64,000 bases of DNA from Candidatus Hermodarchaeota archaeon (GTDB lineage Archaea; Asgardarchaeota; Thorarchaeia; Thorarchaeales; Thorarchaeaceae). The notes under the pieces were generated by a model. The model saw nothing but the letters and a program-made list of their open reading frames with translations. It did no database searches and was not told the DNA's origin. This document shows, in pieces, positions 29,883-40,170 of the stretch. The position numbers and the translations under genes were made by a program. Position 1 is the stretch's first letter. The number at the start of each line of letters is the position of its first letter. The DNA lies in assembly GCA_048885865.1 (NCBI GenBank), contig JBHLLF010000013.1, positions 1-64,000 of the forward strand, written 5' to 3'.

Positions 29883-30281
29883 TCATTCGTTATCCATCCC
29901 AGTTGGGGCCACTACGACTCTCATCATATCCCGAGAAACTATTGTGACATCAATTCCTACCTCAATGCTACCTGCATCACATCGAGCATCCCAGATCTCA
30001 GCACCGACCTTGATCTTGCCAGAGCTGATGGTGACTTTTTCAATGACTTTTCCCCGTAATCCTTCAAGTTCATAGAACGAGTATGAGCTTTCTTGCAGGC
30101 TGGGGTATACCAAGTAGTACTTGGCAACAACAAAGATGGCAGCTCCAATTATCAGCAATATCGTGAGGGGAATAAACCATTCGGGAACGAAGAAGTAGGC
30201 CAATGCCATTGCAACTGGTACTAGAAAGAGCTCGTCTATTGTAATTGCTATAAACTTGACTCTAGGTGAAAGTGTAACCAT
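29883..30281 (-). CDS. NfeD-like membrane protein
   Basis: Two TM helices plus GKIKVGAEIWDA OB-fold. Confidence 0.8.
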   Translation of the reverse strand: MVTLSPRVKFIAITIDELFLVPVAMALAYFFVPEWFIPLTILLIIGAAIFVVAKYYLVYPSLQESSYSFYELEGLRGKVIEKVTISSGKIKVGAEIWDARCDAGSIEVGIDVTIVSRDMMRVVVAPTGMDNE

Positions 30282-30424
30282 CCTTTTCTACAGCCACCCT
30301 TTTTCAAGTGTTAATTGGTTCCTAGGCTGAAAAGCCTTTGCTAGTTTTTAACCTCCTTTTCAATTGTATCACACAGGACTATTAAAAAGCAGATTGAAGG
30401 GCTCGAGTCAAGAGTGACCACCTT

Positions 30425-31564
30425 TTGAAGACAGAAACCATTCAAGTAATGGCCGGAGCAGCTATGCTCTCGGCATTCACATATATTCCAATATTGGCGC
30501 GTGACTACTTGAGTGCAGACGAACTCTTCGTAACGCTACTGGTTGGTGCCTACTCAGCGGCCTCATTCATTTCCAGCTATATCTTTGGCAGGGCTGGAGA
30601 TATCTATGGTCGACGAATTGTCATAAGGATAGGTCTTCTTATTTCCGTAGTTACTTTTGGACTTCTGATGTTTATCCAAAGCCGTGAGGTCTTGCTCATT
30701 GCTAGGATACTTGGTGGTTTCTCAATGGGCACGTATCCTGGAGCCCTTGCGGCCTATGCATTCGAGTCAAAGATGAAGATGGGCAGATTCGCATCTTTTG
30801 GCGCAGCTGGATGGGGAATTGGAACTTTCCTTGCTGGCTTTGCGGCGGGATACAATATCTACTATGCTTTTCTGATGTCGACTGTATTTCTGATTGTCGC
30901 ATTTGCTAGCGCGATGACATTGCCACCTGTCGAGAGAAAGAAGATCTCTGTGCCTCTCTTTCCAATCGAAACCATTAGGCGGAACTGGTCGGTCTACACT
31001 GCAGTACTAATTCGCCATAGCACAGCATCTGCTGTCTGGACTTTATGGCCTCTATTCTTGACAGATCTGGGTGGAGATCCCTTCATAATCGGGATTGTTC
31101 AAATGTCTAACGCAATCCCACAGGTCATTGTAATGATAGCCATCACAGATCGATTCGACTGCAGGCTCTTGATATCTGCGGGAATGATAAGCTCTGCATT
31201 GACTTTCTTCTGGTTCACACTAGCCACCAACATACTAGAAATCATCCCGACACAATTCCTCTTGGGCTTTTCGTGGGCATGCCTCTATGTTGGAGCGTTA
31301 AAGTATGTGACAGAACGAAATGAGGACAGGTCGACTGCCTCAGGGCTGCTCAGTTCCGTATTGGCACTCTCAATGGTTATTGGACCAATCATTGCCGCGG
31401 CAATTTACTCAATCTGGCCAGGGTACATTCCAATCATGTATAATGCAGTCTTGTTCTCGTTGATTGGTTATGTGATATTTGTGATAGCTAGTCGACGGGA
31501 AGTAGCAAAGGAATTGGCTATTGAGAGATCTTTGGAAAAAAACCACAACCACATTGACCTGTGA
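30425..31564 (+). CDS. MFS transporter
   Basis: GRAGDIYGRR motif A; ~12 TM helices. Confidence 0.9.
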   Translation: MKTETIQVMAGAAMLSAFTYIPILARDYLSADELFVTLLVGAYSAASFISSYIFGRAGDIYGRRIVIRIGLLISVVTFGLLMFIQSREVLLIARILGGFSMGTYPGALAAYAFESKMKMGRFASFGAAGWGIGTFLAGFAAGYNIYYAFLMSTVFLIVAFASAMTLPPVERKKISVPLFPIETIRRNWSVYTAVLIRHSTASAVWTLWPLFLTDLGGDPFIIGIVQMSNAIPQVIVMIAITDRFDCRLLISAGMISSALTFFWFTLATNILEIIPTQFLLGFSWACLYVGALKYVTERNEDRSTASGLLSSVLALSMVIGPIIAAAIYSIWPGYIPIMYNAVLFSLIGYVIFVIASRREVAKELAIERSLEKNHNHIDL

Positions 31565-31607
31565 CACTAGAAAGAAGAAAGGAGAGGGAGCGACCCCTCT
31601 GCTTTCT

Positions 31608-32987
31608 TTATGCTGCCAACTCAGAAACCTCTTCATCTCCAACTTCGCCAGACTTAATGGCCAGTGTCAGCAGAAGGGCAATAATGAGAAATCCAATTGA
31701 AACCGGGAATAGAAGTGCAACCGAGGTGAGGTCGAATATCACCCCAGTAATGAGGGGTCCAAAAATGGCCGCACTCATACTGAATGCATAATACATTCCA
31801 GTTCCGGCACCAAGTCGGGATTTCCCAACCAATTCCCACACAATGACGATTGAGTTCACATTAATCATTGCCCAGAAGAACCCTCCAATGCCTAGGAGAC
31901 CGAAGAGTATCCAATAGTCAGTCATGAAAGTAGCGATGACCAGAATTGCTATGAGCCCCACAAGTCCCACAAGGATTGTGTTTCTTCGGCCTAGACGTCC
32001 AGCCATGAACCCTGCTGGTACAGCAAATAGGACAAAGGTAAGTGAGAATGCCGTCATGAGGAAAGTAGCCTGATTTGTTTCGAACGAAAGGATCAGATTC
32101 CCATAGGTTGTGAACCAAGTTTCAAGCGCATTGAATCCGAAGAACCAGAACATGATTGCACCAAGCACAGCGAGGGCGGACTTATCGGCCATCGATGCCA
32201 CCTGTCGGAATGCTTCGATAATGCCAATCTCTTTGGGCTTATCGAGGTCTACCGGAGGCACCTCAGGTTCCTTCACGACCAAAAACAGGATTAGCACTGA
32301 AATCAACATGATTATTGAAGTTGTCATGAAGGCTAGTACCGGACCAGCCTGTGCCGCTGACACTCCTAGCATTGCTCCAATGTTCGCGTCATCTATGCCA
32401 TAAAGCCATGGAGATACTCCAAATGCATAGATTGCTCCAACACCCCCCATGAGGTTGATGACGCCATTCGCCTTGGAACGTTGTTCTGATGAAACAACAT
32501 CGGGCATCAACGCTACTACAGGACCTCGATAGAATGCCATTGCTACATTGAATATCGTAATCATAGCTAACATGAACCAGAAACCGAAGAGCGCCCAGCC
32601 ATATGCGATTAGTGTAAAGAACAGAGCAGCTATTGGAGTCCCAATCATGATATAGGGCATTCGTCGCCCCCACTTCGTGCGTGTCTTGTCCGATCTTGCA
32701 GATATGTAGGGCTGCATGACAAAAGCGAACACATTGTCAAGAACCATTATCGCTCCGACAATTGTACTGACAATAGCACCGTATCCCATATCGATGATGA
32801 ACGGACGGAGAAAATCAATCGGAAGATAGCTGTTGTATACACTCCAACTGACTCCTGTCGTGAAAAAACCGAGACCTATCACAAAGACATAGAGCCATCT
32901 CATTGGAGCAGGCCCTGTTTCTTGAATCGCTGGTTCATCATATGTTCGAACATCTTCATCCTCTGACAAAAAACCTCTCTCCTTCAA
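31608..32987 (-). CDS. MFS transporter, GPH/SLC45-like sugar permease
   Basis: SDKTRTKWGRRMPY motif; ~12 TM helices. Confidence 0.88.
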   Translation of the reverse strand: MKERGFLSEDEDVRTYDEPAIQETGPAPMRWLYVFVIGLGFFTTGVSWSVYNSYLPIDFLRPFIIDMGYGAIVSTIVGAIMVLDNVFAFVMQPYISARSDKTRTKWGRRMPYIMIGTPIAALFFTLIAYGWALFGFWFMLAMITIFNVAMAFYRGPVVALMPDVVSSEQRSKANGVINLMGGVGAIYAFGVSPWLYGIDDANIGAMLGVSAAQAGPVLAFMTTSIIMLISVLILFLVVKEPEVPPVDLDKPKEIGIIEAFRQVASMADKSALAVLGAIMFWFFGFNALETWFTTYGNLILSFETNQATFLMTAFSLTFVLFAVPAGFMAGRLGRRNTILVGLVGLIAILVIATFMTDYWILFGLLGIGGFFWAMINVNSIVIVWELVGKSRLGAGTGMYYAFSMSAAIFGPLITGVIFDLTSVALLFPVSIGFLIIALLLTLAIKSGEVGDEEVSELAA

Positions 32988-33139
32988 GATGAATTAGGCA
33001 ACAGTTGCTTACAGAACCAGTATTAGAAGTATATGGAGGAGTGACTTCTGAAGAGGTAACTAGATTAATGTCGAATGAATACTCTGATGAAACAACAGCT
33101 TGATAACGAGAAAACCATGATGCGCCGAATGGAGGTCAT

Positions 33140-33979
33140 TTGTTGGAAATAAGAGAGATGCAGTCTTCCGATATCGACTTCGCGCTCAGTCTGACTGAGG
33201 AGGAGGGTTGGTCGAGCACTAGGAGTGACTTTGAAGAGCTCCGTCTCTTTGATCAGCATGGATGCTTCATTGCGGAAGAGGATGGCATCTCAATAGGTAT
33301 GGCTTGTGCACTCTCTTATGGACCATTTGGAACTCTCGGGAATCTGATACTCGTGCGAGAGTATAGAGGAAAGGGCTATGGGATTAAACTGATGGAGCAT
33401 GGAATGGAATATCTCAAAAGCAAGGGCGTCGGATTCACAATGCTTGATGCAGTACAGAAAGCGGTCCCGCTTTACGAAAGGCTAGGATTCAAGAAGGTTT
33501 GCCGCTCCCTTAGACTACGCGGTCGTGTCGAACCAGTTGTATCGGCCAGAGTTAGAACGCTTGAAGACAAGGATATGCTCAGGGTTCTTTCTATCGATCG
33601 TGAACAGTTTGGTGCGAATAGGTTTCTATTCCTGGGAAGTACCTTATCAGCAAATCCCAATCTTGGAAGATTGCTTGAAGTAGATGGTCAGATTGCAGGA
33701 TTTTTGCTGGGAAGTAGGCGTCACGGATTTGTACGCCTTGCACCATGGGTTATGTGTAGTCACTTTGAATTAGCCAAATCCATTCTGAAGGACTTCGCAG
33801 TTCAAGTAGGAGGCGCGGAGATTAGAACAGGCGTTCTTGAAACAAGTAGAAAAGCTATAGCAGTCCTCAAGGAGTCAGGACTTTATCAAGAGAGCTTCTC
33901 ATGGAGAATGGTCCACGGAAAGGACAGATTGGAATTCTCTGACGGCCTCTTCGCAATTGGCTCTCCTATGAGAGGCTAG
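33140..33979 (+). CDS. GNAT N-acetyltransferase
   Basis: EYRGKGYG, PLYERLGF. Confidence 0.88.
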   Translation: MLEIREMQSSDIDFALSLTEEEGWSSTRSDFEELRLFDQHGCFIAEEDGISIGMACALSYGPFGTLGNLILVREYRGKGYGIKLMEHGMEYLKSKGVGFTMLDAVQKAVPLYERLGFKKVCRSLRLRGRVEPVVSARVRTLEDKDMLRVLSIDREQFGANRFLFLGSTLSANPNLGRLLEVDGQIAGFLLGSRRHGFVRLAPWVMCSHFELAKSILKDFAVQVGGAEIRTGVLETSRKAIAVLKESGLYQESFSWRMVHGKDRLEFSDGLFAIGSPMRG

Positions 33980-35150
33980 TCCTTTTTCTGCGCCTCTGGC
34001 GTATCTGCTCAATTCTGCTTACGAAATCAATCCTTGCTATTCTCTCAGCCATTATTGGCGAGATTACGAGAAGCACAACAGAAAAGGACCATATCACCGA
34101 TAAGTCTACCATGATGTGTGTATAGGTCCCCTGCACAAACATCTCTATTGCTGTGCGGTAAACATTGGAAAACGGGGCGTACTCGTTGAGCATTCCAAAT
34201 CCCATTCCAACCAGTGATAGTGGGGCGATACCGCCGCCTACTATCCAATAGAATAGAGCGCCCAAAGCACAGAGTGGCACAACATAAACAGAATTTCTTG
34301 CCAGTGCTCCGATAATCACGCCCAGTCCTGCTGAGTATAGAGCAAGGGGTAGTGTCAGTGCAAAGAACGTCAGTACATCTCCCTGTGGCCAGAGTCCATA
34401 GAAACCCCATCCCATAAGCAGTACCGCTGGGACAGAGATATAGCTCAGAATGACTCCACTAAGCATCTTCCCCATGAAAATTGCATGAGCTGATTGATTG
34501 GACATCAATAGCTCATCCAGGGTGTCTTGTTCGAACTCATGCGTTGTTGCGGAGGCTGACAGAAATAGCCCGCCAAAAGAAACACCAAAGATTATGACAG
34601 TCCAAGCCATGTAGGCCAATCTTGGAGGAGTAAACTCGCTCAGTAACTCGACTTCGAAGTTGGCAACTGCTGCATCAGGCAGGTAAGTCTGGTAAAAGAT
34701 GTCTAGTTTGCGTATCACAGGCATTCGCAGATTCTTTGTCATGTCCTCGTGTGCATTATTGACCTGAATGTGAATGCTGGTGGAAACATTGTTCATGATT
34801 GCTTGCTCGAACCCATCAGGAATTATAATGACAATGAGGATTTCACCGTTCTCAAACAGAACTTCCGCGGTTTCCGCATTCATTTCAATGAGCTTCAGGC
34901 TTGGCGGAATTGGATCGTGCTCTCCGAGTATCTGCACCAGTCCATTGGTATAAACGCCAGGATTCTGCTCCTCTATGACGAGAGCCGTTTCAACACCGGG
35001 GCCCGCATAAACACCCCCCATGAGGAGCACAAAGGCAGAATAATAGAGAAGAGGAAACAAGACGACGAAGCCAAGCCGCCTTTTATTGCGGAGCCACACC
35101 TTCAGCTCCTTTATGACCCCGGCACGAAAGATTCTCAGGAAGCCGCTCAC
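33966..35150 (-). CDS. ABC-2 type transporter permease
   Basis: KELKVWLRN N-terminus, extracellular loop with IIIPDGF, several TM helices. Confidence 0.88.
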   Translation of the reverse strand: MSGFLRIFRAGVIKELKVWLRNKRRLGFVVLFPLLYYSAFVLLMGGVYAGPGVETALVIEEQNPGVYTNGLVQILGEHDPIPPSLKLIEMNAETAEVLFENGEILIVIIIPDGFEQAIMNNVSTSIHIQVNNAHEDMTKNLRMPVIRKLDIFYQTYLPDAAVANFEVELLSEFTPPRLAYMAWTVIIFGVSFGGLFLSASATTHEFEQDTLDELLMSNQSAHAIFMGKMLSGVILSYISVPAVLLMGWGFYGLWPQGDVLTFFALTLPLALYSAGLGVIIGALARNSVYVVPLCALGALFYWIVGGGIAPLSLVGMGFGMLNEYAPFSNVYRTAIEMFVQGTYTHIMVDLSVIWSFSVVLLVISPIMAERIARIDFVSRIEQIRQRRRKRTSLS

Positions 35151-36280
35151 GCACGCTCAACCTCCCGTTTCATCAGTTGCGCGGCGACCATTGACAGCAC
35201 AATCCAGACTGACAATAGGGCTACAAATCCAGGTAGTAGGCCAGATATCGTGTCTAGAAAGAAGACCCGAGTCCACATGCCGATGGAATGAGTCGTTGGT
35301 AGTAGCAAAGCGAGCGCTCTCAGCTCTGCTGGCATGAGGCCAATTGGGGCAAGGCCACCACCTGCTAAGAAGCCAAACACGGCAAAGAGGACCGAGAAAA
35401 GAATAGCCTGTTCCCTCTGTTTTGTACGGATGCCAATCAGTTCTCCTACAGGTGCCAATGCCAGAAGAGTGAGAAGCAAGATCAGTCCAAGCACAAACAC
35501 ATTTCCGACTGGTAGGGTGCCCGTACCCAACAAGAGTATAGGGATTGTGATGATCATTACTGCTAGAGAACGAGGAATTGCTGCAATGGTATGTCCAATA
35601 ATTATGGACATTCTGCTGGCTGGCGAGTTCATTGTGTCATAAATGGCCTGTGTTTCGAAGTCAGCAGCGGTAGCCATTGCTTGACCTGCAACAGCGCAGA
35701 CGATCATGGACAGAATGATGCCTACTGCGTACATGTACGCGGTATTTGATGGGGTTTCTGTGTGATTCAGGGTTTCCTCTAGGGCAACTCGTGCATCTGA
35801 CTGATTGAACTCTGGATACACCGCCAGCTGGTTGTAGAGAAGCACACCTGCTTCTATCCTATGGACATAGTTCTTCACGATGTCGTCATTTAGATTGACA
35901 ATGTAAATCACAATGGTGGCTTTGACTCCAGATGTGACATTGGCACCAAAACCTTCTGGTATGAGGATATAGGCTATCAGGCTGCCACTCCGAAACAGTT
36001 GTGATGCAGATTCTGAATCGTATCTTGTCATCTTGAACCAGGGGAAATCCGTTGTGGAAACCATGTTCTCTAGAATCTCAGCCATTTCATCAGCCTGAGA
36101 TGATTGATCCTCCACCACAAGACCGCAGACAAAAGACTCACCGCCCCCAACCTGCGCCCACATGATTGTATACACGAACGCCAATACAAACGGGACGATT
36201 AGACTTGGAGCAATGAAACGGGGATCACGCTTAGCCTGCTTAAGGTCCTTCTTTGCCACTGCAAGTATCTCACGTAGCAT
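35147..36280 (-). CDS. ABC-2 type transporter permease
   Basis: AKKDLKQAKRD, ILIPEGF; paralog of the neighbouring permease. Confidence 0.88.
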   Translation of the reverse strand: MLREILAVAKKDLKQAKRDPRFIAPSLIVPFVLAFVYTIMWAQVGGGESFVCGLVVEDQSSQADEMAEILENMVSTTDFPWFKMTRYDSESASQLFRSGSLIAYILIPEGFGANVTSGVKATIVIYIVNLNDDIVKNYVHRIEAGVLLYNQLAVYPEFNQSDARVALEETLNHTETPSNTAYMYAVGIILSMIVCAVAGQAMATAADFETQAIYDTMNSPASRMSIIIGHTIAAIPRSLAVMIITIPILLLGTGTLPVGNVFVLGLILLLTLLALAPVGELIGIRTKQREQAILFSVLFAVFGFLAGGGLAPIGLMPAELRALALLLPTTHSIGMWTRVFFLDTISGLLPGFVALLSVWIVLSMVAAQLMKREVERA

Positions 36281-36282
36281 GC

Positions 36283-37257
36283 CTAGTCCCTCAGCGTTGA
36301 CCCTGTGATAGTGAGGAAGACATCCCCCAGAGATGGTTCTCTTAGCGCAGCCTGTTTAACCTTCAGGCCTAGCTCTGTCAGTTTCTCAATGACGCGTGGA
36401 AGGTCAGCGTGACCAACCTGACTCTTAATCCATGCAGTCCTCGGACCGCTGTCTAGAGGCTTGCTTAGTTTCTCAGCTTCCATTCCCAGCTGCTCACCAA
36501 GCCAAGCTGCATCACTATCTGGTTCTAGACCTTCCAGCAAGACCTCAATCAGATAGTTGCCCACATGTTTGCGCTTCAGCTGATCAGGTGTCCCCTCTGC
36601 AACTAGTTTCCCATTGTCAATTACAATGACTCGGTCTGCTAGCGCTTCGGCCTCGTCCATATAGTTGGTGCAGAAGAGGACAGTTAGACCCTCATCACGC
36701 ATCCTTCTGACCTGATTCCAAATCAGATTCCGACTGTGCACATCTACCCCAAGTGACATCTCATCGAGTATCAATAACTCTGAGTCATGAAGAATTGTAC
36801 GAACAAGTGCAAGTCTGCGCTTCATGCCTCCCGAGTACGTCTTAATGCGGTCGTTCTTTCTATGAGTCAAACCGGCAAGATCAAGCATCTTGGCCACACG
36901 ATCAGACACCTCTTCCTTGGGAACGCCATAAAGGTCTGCATGATACTCTAGGGCTTCTTGAGCAGTAAGGTCCTGATAGAGAGATGTTTCTTGCGGCATG
37001 AAACCAATACGCCTTCTGACTTCAGTAAGATTCGCTGAAACCTCGAATCCAGCAACCTTGATGCTACCTGATGTTGGACGTAAGATTCCCGTGATCATCT
37101 TCACGGTCGTAGATTTTCCTGCACCATTGGGGCCCAGTAGACCTACCACCTCTCCACGCTCGACTGAGAACGAGAGGCTATCCAGGGCTTTGGTATCTCC
37201 GCTGTAGACATGGGAGAGGTCCGAGATTTCTATCATCAGATCCAGACTAACCACCAT
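36283..37257 (-). CDS. ABC transporter ATP-binding protein (DrrA-like)
   Basis: GPNGAGKST, YSGGMKRR, LILDE; ORF-track N-terminal extension trimmed. Confidence 0.93.
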   Translation of the reverse strand: MVVSLDLMIEISDLSHVYSGDTKALDSLSFSVERGEVVGLLGPNGAGKSTTVKMITGILRPTSGSIKVAGFEVSANLTEVRRRIGFMPQETSLYQDLTAQEALEYHADLYGVPKEEVSDRVAKMLDLAGLTHRKNDRIKTYSGGMKRRLALVRTILHDSELLILDEMSLGVDVHSRNLIWNQVRRMRDEGLTVLFCTNYMDEAEALADRVIVIDNGKLVAEGTPDQLKRKHVGNYLIEVLLEGLEPDSDAAWLGEQLGMEAEKLSKPLDSGPRTAWIKSQVGHADLPRVIEKLTELGLKVKQAALREPSLGDVFLTITGSTLRD

Positions 37258-37356
37258 TTGATACATGTAGTCACAACGATATGAAATTCGTGTCACCAGA
37301 GGAGTTACAGCGAGTGATTCATATCTAGCGCCTGTAATCCTTCTCAGGATGTAAGA

Positions 37357-37638
37357 TTGAATCTGCAATTTCTCCTTCAGCCTAGAGTATGGGCGGTCCT
37401 GAAAGAACTGAACTGGGGAGACCGGTTCGAAAGTGATCTTCAAGGGAAGATAGATCAGCTAACTGGAGGGCCCGATAACCTAGCGGAAATAAAGGACCGA
37501 CTTCTTGAGATGGGTCTAATCTATCAATTGAAGGGAGGAAAGGGTAGTCCGTATCTTGCATTGACCTACAAAGGTCAGGAGATTGTAGGTCGTCTCATGG
37601 AAACTGAAGAGATTCTTGATTCAGACAATGAATCATAG
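37357..37638 (+). CDS. Small winged-helix-like protein
   Basis: LLEMGLI....YLALTYKG pattern. Confidence 0.6.
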   Translation: MNLQFLLQPRVWAVLKELNWGDRFESDLQGKIDQLTGGPDNLAEIKDRLLEMGLIYQLKGGKGSPYLALTYKGQEIVGRLMETEEILDSDNES

Positions 37639-37697
37639 ATGCCACTGTCACCTCAAAAGTGACAAGGGATTGAAAAGATTTTGATCTACTAGATTGC

Positions 37698-38537
37698 ATG
37701 GGTGCAATGTTGTCAGGTGATGCAATCGTATCCGATATGATGAGTCTTGGCTTACATCTCAATGAAGCAAAGGCATACAAAGCTCTCGTCGCATTGGGGC
37801 AAGGAACAGCTAGAAAGGTTGCGGACCTCTCAGGAGTCCCTCGGAGCAAGGTGTATGATGTCTTGTATTCCCTCGAAGATCGAGGCCTAGTTCGAAAGGT
37901 CTTGGGGAGTGACCCCACTGAGTTTAGAGCTTATCCTCCTAGAGAGGCAATTCCATTTCTTCTGGAGAAGATACAACAATCTGGTGTGGCCGTCCAAACT
38001 GCTCTAGAGAAGTTGGAGAATGAAAGAGAGCTGGAGAAAAGAGAGTATGTCTACACTGTAGAGGGTGAAGACCAAATCAAAATGGAATTGCGAGGGATAA
38101 TTAATGGTGCCAAGAATGAAGTCTTCATAGCTACATTGGACCCCAAAGTCTTGAGCGCAGCACGACCTTCGCTAGCCAATGCAAAAAAACGAGGTGTTGA
38201 CATAAAGCTGGTCACATCAAAATCATTCATGGATGAATGGCCCGAATTCGCACATTACGCGAGCATGATGGATGTCGGTGGGTTGAGTCCTCCAGATTTG
38301 GCTGAACAGCTGAGCAAAGTAGTACAGGACAGCTCCATCCTTGAAGCATGGAATCCAACTCAAATGGGAATCATCATTGCTGATAACACTGATAGTATTG
38401 GAATGTTTGGAAGCCATCCGGACCAGGCTAAACCCTGGGCGCTAATAGTGAGGGTTCCTCTAATTGCAATTCTACAACGCCAAGTAATATCTGCAGTCTT
38501 ATCACAAGTGCTTCGTGTTATCGAGAGCGGATGCTAG
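37698..38537 (+). CDS. TrmB family transcriptional regulator
   Basis: EAKAYKAL..SGVPRSKVYDVLYSLEDRGLV; C-terminal effector domain (AKNEVFIA, KRGVDIKLV). Confidence 0.92.
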   Translation: MGAMLSGDAIVSDMMSLGLHLNEAKAYKALVALGQGTARKVADLSGVPRSKVYDVLYSLEDRGLVRKVLGSDPTEFRAYPPREAIPFLLEKIQQSGVAVQTALEKLENERELEKREYVYTVEGEDQIKMELRGIINGAKNEVFIATLDPKVLSAARPSLANAKKRGVDIKLVTSKSFMDEWPEFAHYASMMDVGGLSPPDLAEQLSKVVQDSSILEAWNPTQMGIIIADNTDSIGMFGSHPDQAKPWALIVRVPLIAILQRQVISAVLSQVLRVIESGC

Positions 38538-38629
38538 AAAACCCCCCTCCTAGGATAACCTATCCTAGAACATGCATGAGATTAGATTGATAACTAGGAG
38601 GTGTTGATGAGTTCAGAGGAGGATGCGCA

Positions 38630-39439
38630 ATGAAAAAGCCCCTTCTGAAGTTCATAGTATGTCCAAAGTGCCACAAAGATCTCTTCATCACTGAAAATGA
38701 ATCAGATGACGAGATAGAAAGTACAACCTTAGCATGTGAAAAGGGGCACATCTGGAAGGTCGAGAATGGCATTCCATCGCTGGTATATCCAGCCATAACC
38801 AAGGAAGACGCAAAGTGGATTGCAGAGTATGACGAGATGGCTGAGAATTATGATGATATTGTCAAGCAGTACGACGATTGGCTTGGCATTGAACTAATGA
38901 AGGAGCGAGAGAAGCTTGCACAGTTCATTCCTAGTGAGGGGCCCGTCAAGATGCTTGATGTGAGCGTTGGAACTGCAGCCAATTTTGTAGCTCTGCATAA
39001 TGCATTCAATGCCAAGGAGATGGGCCGCCTCAATCTCCATGGACTAGATCTATCACAGGGAATGCTCAATGTTTCGAGAAGGAAGATGATGGCAATTGGG
39101 CTTGATGTAAGTCTTGTCCATGGAAGCGTCTTTAACATACCCTATAAGGACAAGTCTTTCGATATCGTCAACCATAGCGGCGGGATTAACACATTCTCTG
39201 ATATTCCAAAAGCATTCGATGAGATGCTGAGAGTGGCAGCACCAGGGGGGATAGTGATTGTAAATGACGAGGGGCTTTCACCAGATATGAGGGAGTCTGA
39301 GAAGGGAAAAGCCATTATGAAATCAAACAGCCTCTTTGCGGCTAGACCCCCGCTCGAGCATATACCAGATAAGGCGAAAGATGTCGAGATCGACTATATC
39401 ATGAACGGGACATTCTATCAGATTGTCTTCAGGAAATGA
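38630..39439 (+). CDS. Trm112-like domain fused to class I methyltransferase
   Basis: LLKFIVCPKCH...VENGIPSLV N-terminus; LDVSVGTA, GLDLSQGML, PGG motifs. Confidence 0.85.
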   Translation: MKKPLLKFIVCPKCHKDLFITENESDDEIESTTLACEKGHIWKVENGIPSLVYPAITKEDAKWIAEYDEMAENYDDIVKQYDDWLGIELMKEREKLAQFIPSEGPVKMLDVSVGTAANFVALHNAFNAKEMGRLNLHGLDLSQGMLNVSRRKMMAIGLDVSLVHGSVFNIPYKDKSFDIVNHSGGINTFSDIPKAFDEMLRVAAPGGIVIVNDEGLSPDMRESEKGKAIMKSNSLFAARPPLEHIPDKAKDVEIDYIMNGTFYQIVFRK

Positions 39440-39493
39440 GGGATATCTTGGAAAACGAGTATAGGAACGAAGCCGATGAAGTGAGTCAAGCAC

Positions 39494-39610
39494 TCAGGTG
39501 GCTTCCCACATGAGCACTTCCTCACGTGTCAGTCGACGAGTCTTGGCGCTTTCGTCGGGTGAACTGTACTTCTTTGGGCGGATTCGCTTGGTCCCATTCC
39601 TATGAGCCAT
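39494..39610 (-). CDS. Small basic peptide C (38 aa, MAHRNGTKRIRPKKYSSPDESAKTRRLTREEVLMWEAT)
   Basis: Hand translation; in frame directly after peptide B; alternative ATG at 39616. Confidence 0.55.
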   Translation of the reverse strand: MAHRNGTKRIRPKKYSSPDESAKTRRLTREEVLMWEAT

Positions 39611-39616
39611 GGTCAT

Positions 39617-39706
39617 CTACCTGTACAGATATGCATGGGCGATAGCCCTTGTTGAGATCTTCTTTCGAAGCCTCTTCTTCTTGGTGATTCTCTCTGTTAG
39701 AGCCAT
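39617..39706 (-). CDS. Small basic peptide B (29 aa, MALTERITKKKRLRKKISTRAIAHAYLYR)
   Basis: Hand translation; AGGAGGT ribosome-binding site; C-terminal motif shared with peptide A. Confidence 0.7.
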   Translation of the reverse strand: MALTERITKKKRLRKKISTRAIAHAYLYR

Positions 39707-39713
39707 TTTTCGA

Positions 39714-39824
39714 TTACCTCCTATATGTGTAGGCAAATCCGATGGCTTGGGTCGACTTGACCTGTACCATCATCTTGTTCATCTTCACAGACTTGTTCTT
39801 CGTGTTCTTAGCCACAGCCAACAT
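39714..39824 (-). CDS. Small basic peptide A (36 aa, MLAVAKNTKNKSVKMNKMMVQVKSTQAIGFAYTYRR)
   Basis: Hand translation; GGAGGT ribosome-binding site; C-terminal motif shared with peptide B. Confidence 0.7.
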   Translation of the reverse strand: MLAVAKNTKNKSVKMNKMMVQVKSTQAIGFAYTYRR

Positions 39825-39916
39825 CTGTTACCTCCAGGCACAGTAGTCGTAGTATAGCGACTCATGGGTGTCAGGTCCGTGACCAGAGCACTCGTATTCA
39901 GTAGCATCATGAGTCA

Positions 39917-39975
39917 TTGGTTTAGCACCAAACTATTAGACACACCATTTCTATATAAACGTTTGGTCACCAAAC
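39917..39975 (-). promoter_or_regulatory. TATA box (TTTATATA, 39952-39959) flanked by candidate operators
   Basis: GTTTGGT-C-ACCAAAC at 39961-39975 and a related TTGGT-N5-ACCAA at 39917-39931. Confidence 0.55.
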
Positions 39976-40170
39976 CATTCGGTTTTGTGCGGTTAATACG
40001 ACACGCTATTTTTTGAGCATAATAGTACAAATCAGATGTCTGACAAACTATCTAACGCAATATGGTTCCAACATCAAAACGTTTTTATCTACTCCTGTGC
40101 CTAAATTAGCTACAGTTCTGCATTAAATGCAGGGGATTCAGACATAAGCAAAACGAATTCGGGTGATACA

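Noticed and set aside
39609-39857. 82-aa plus-strand ORF
   Set aside because: Antisense to the SD-led peptide ORFs; its hydrophobicity mirrors their Lys-rich codons
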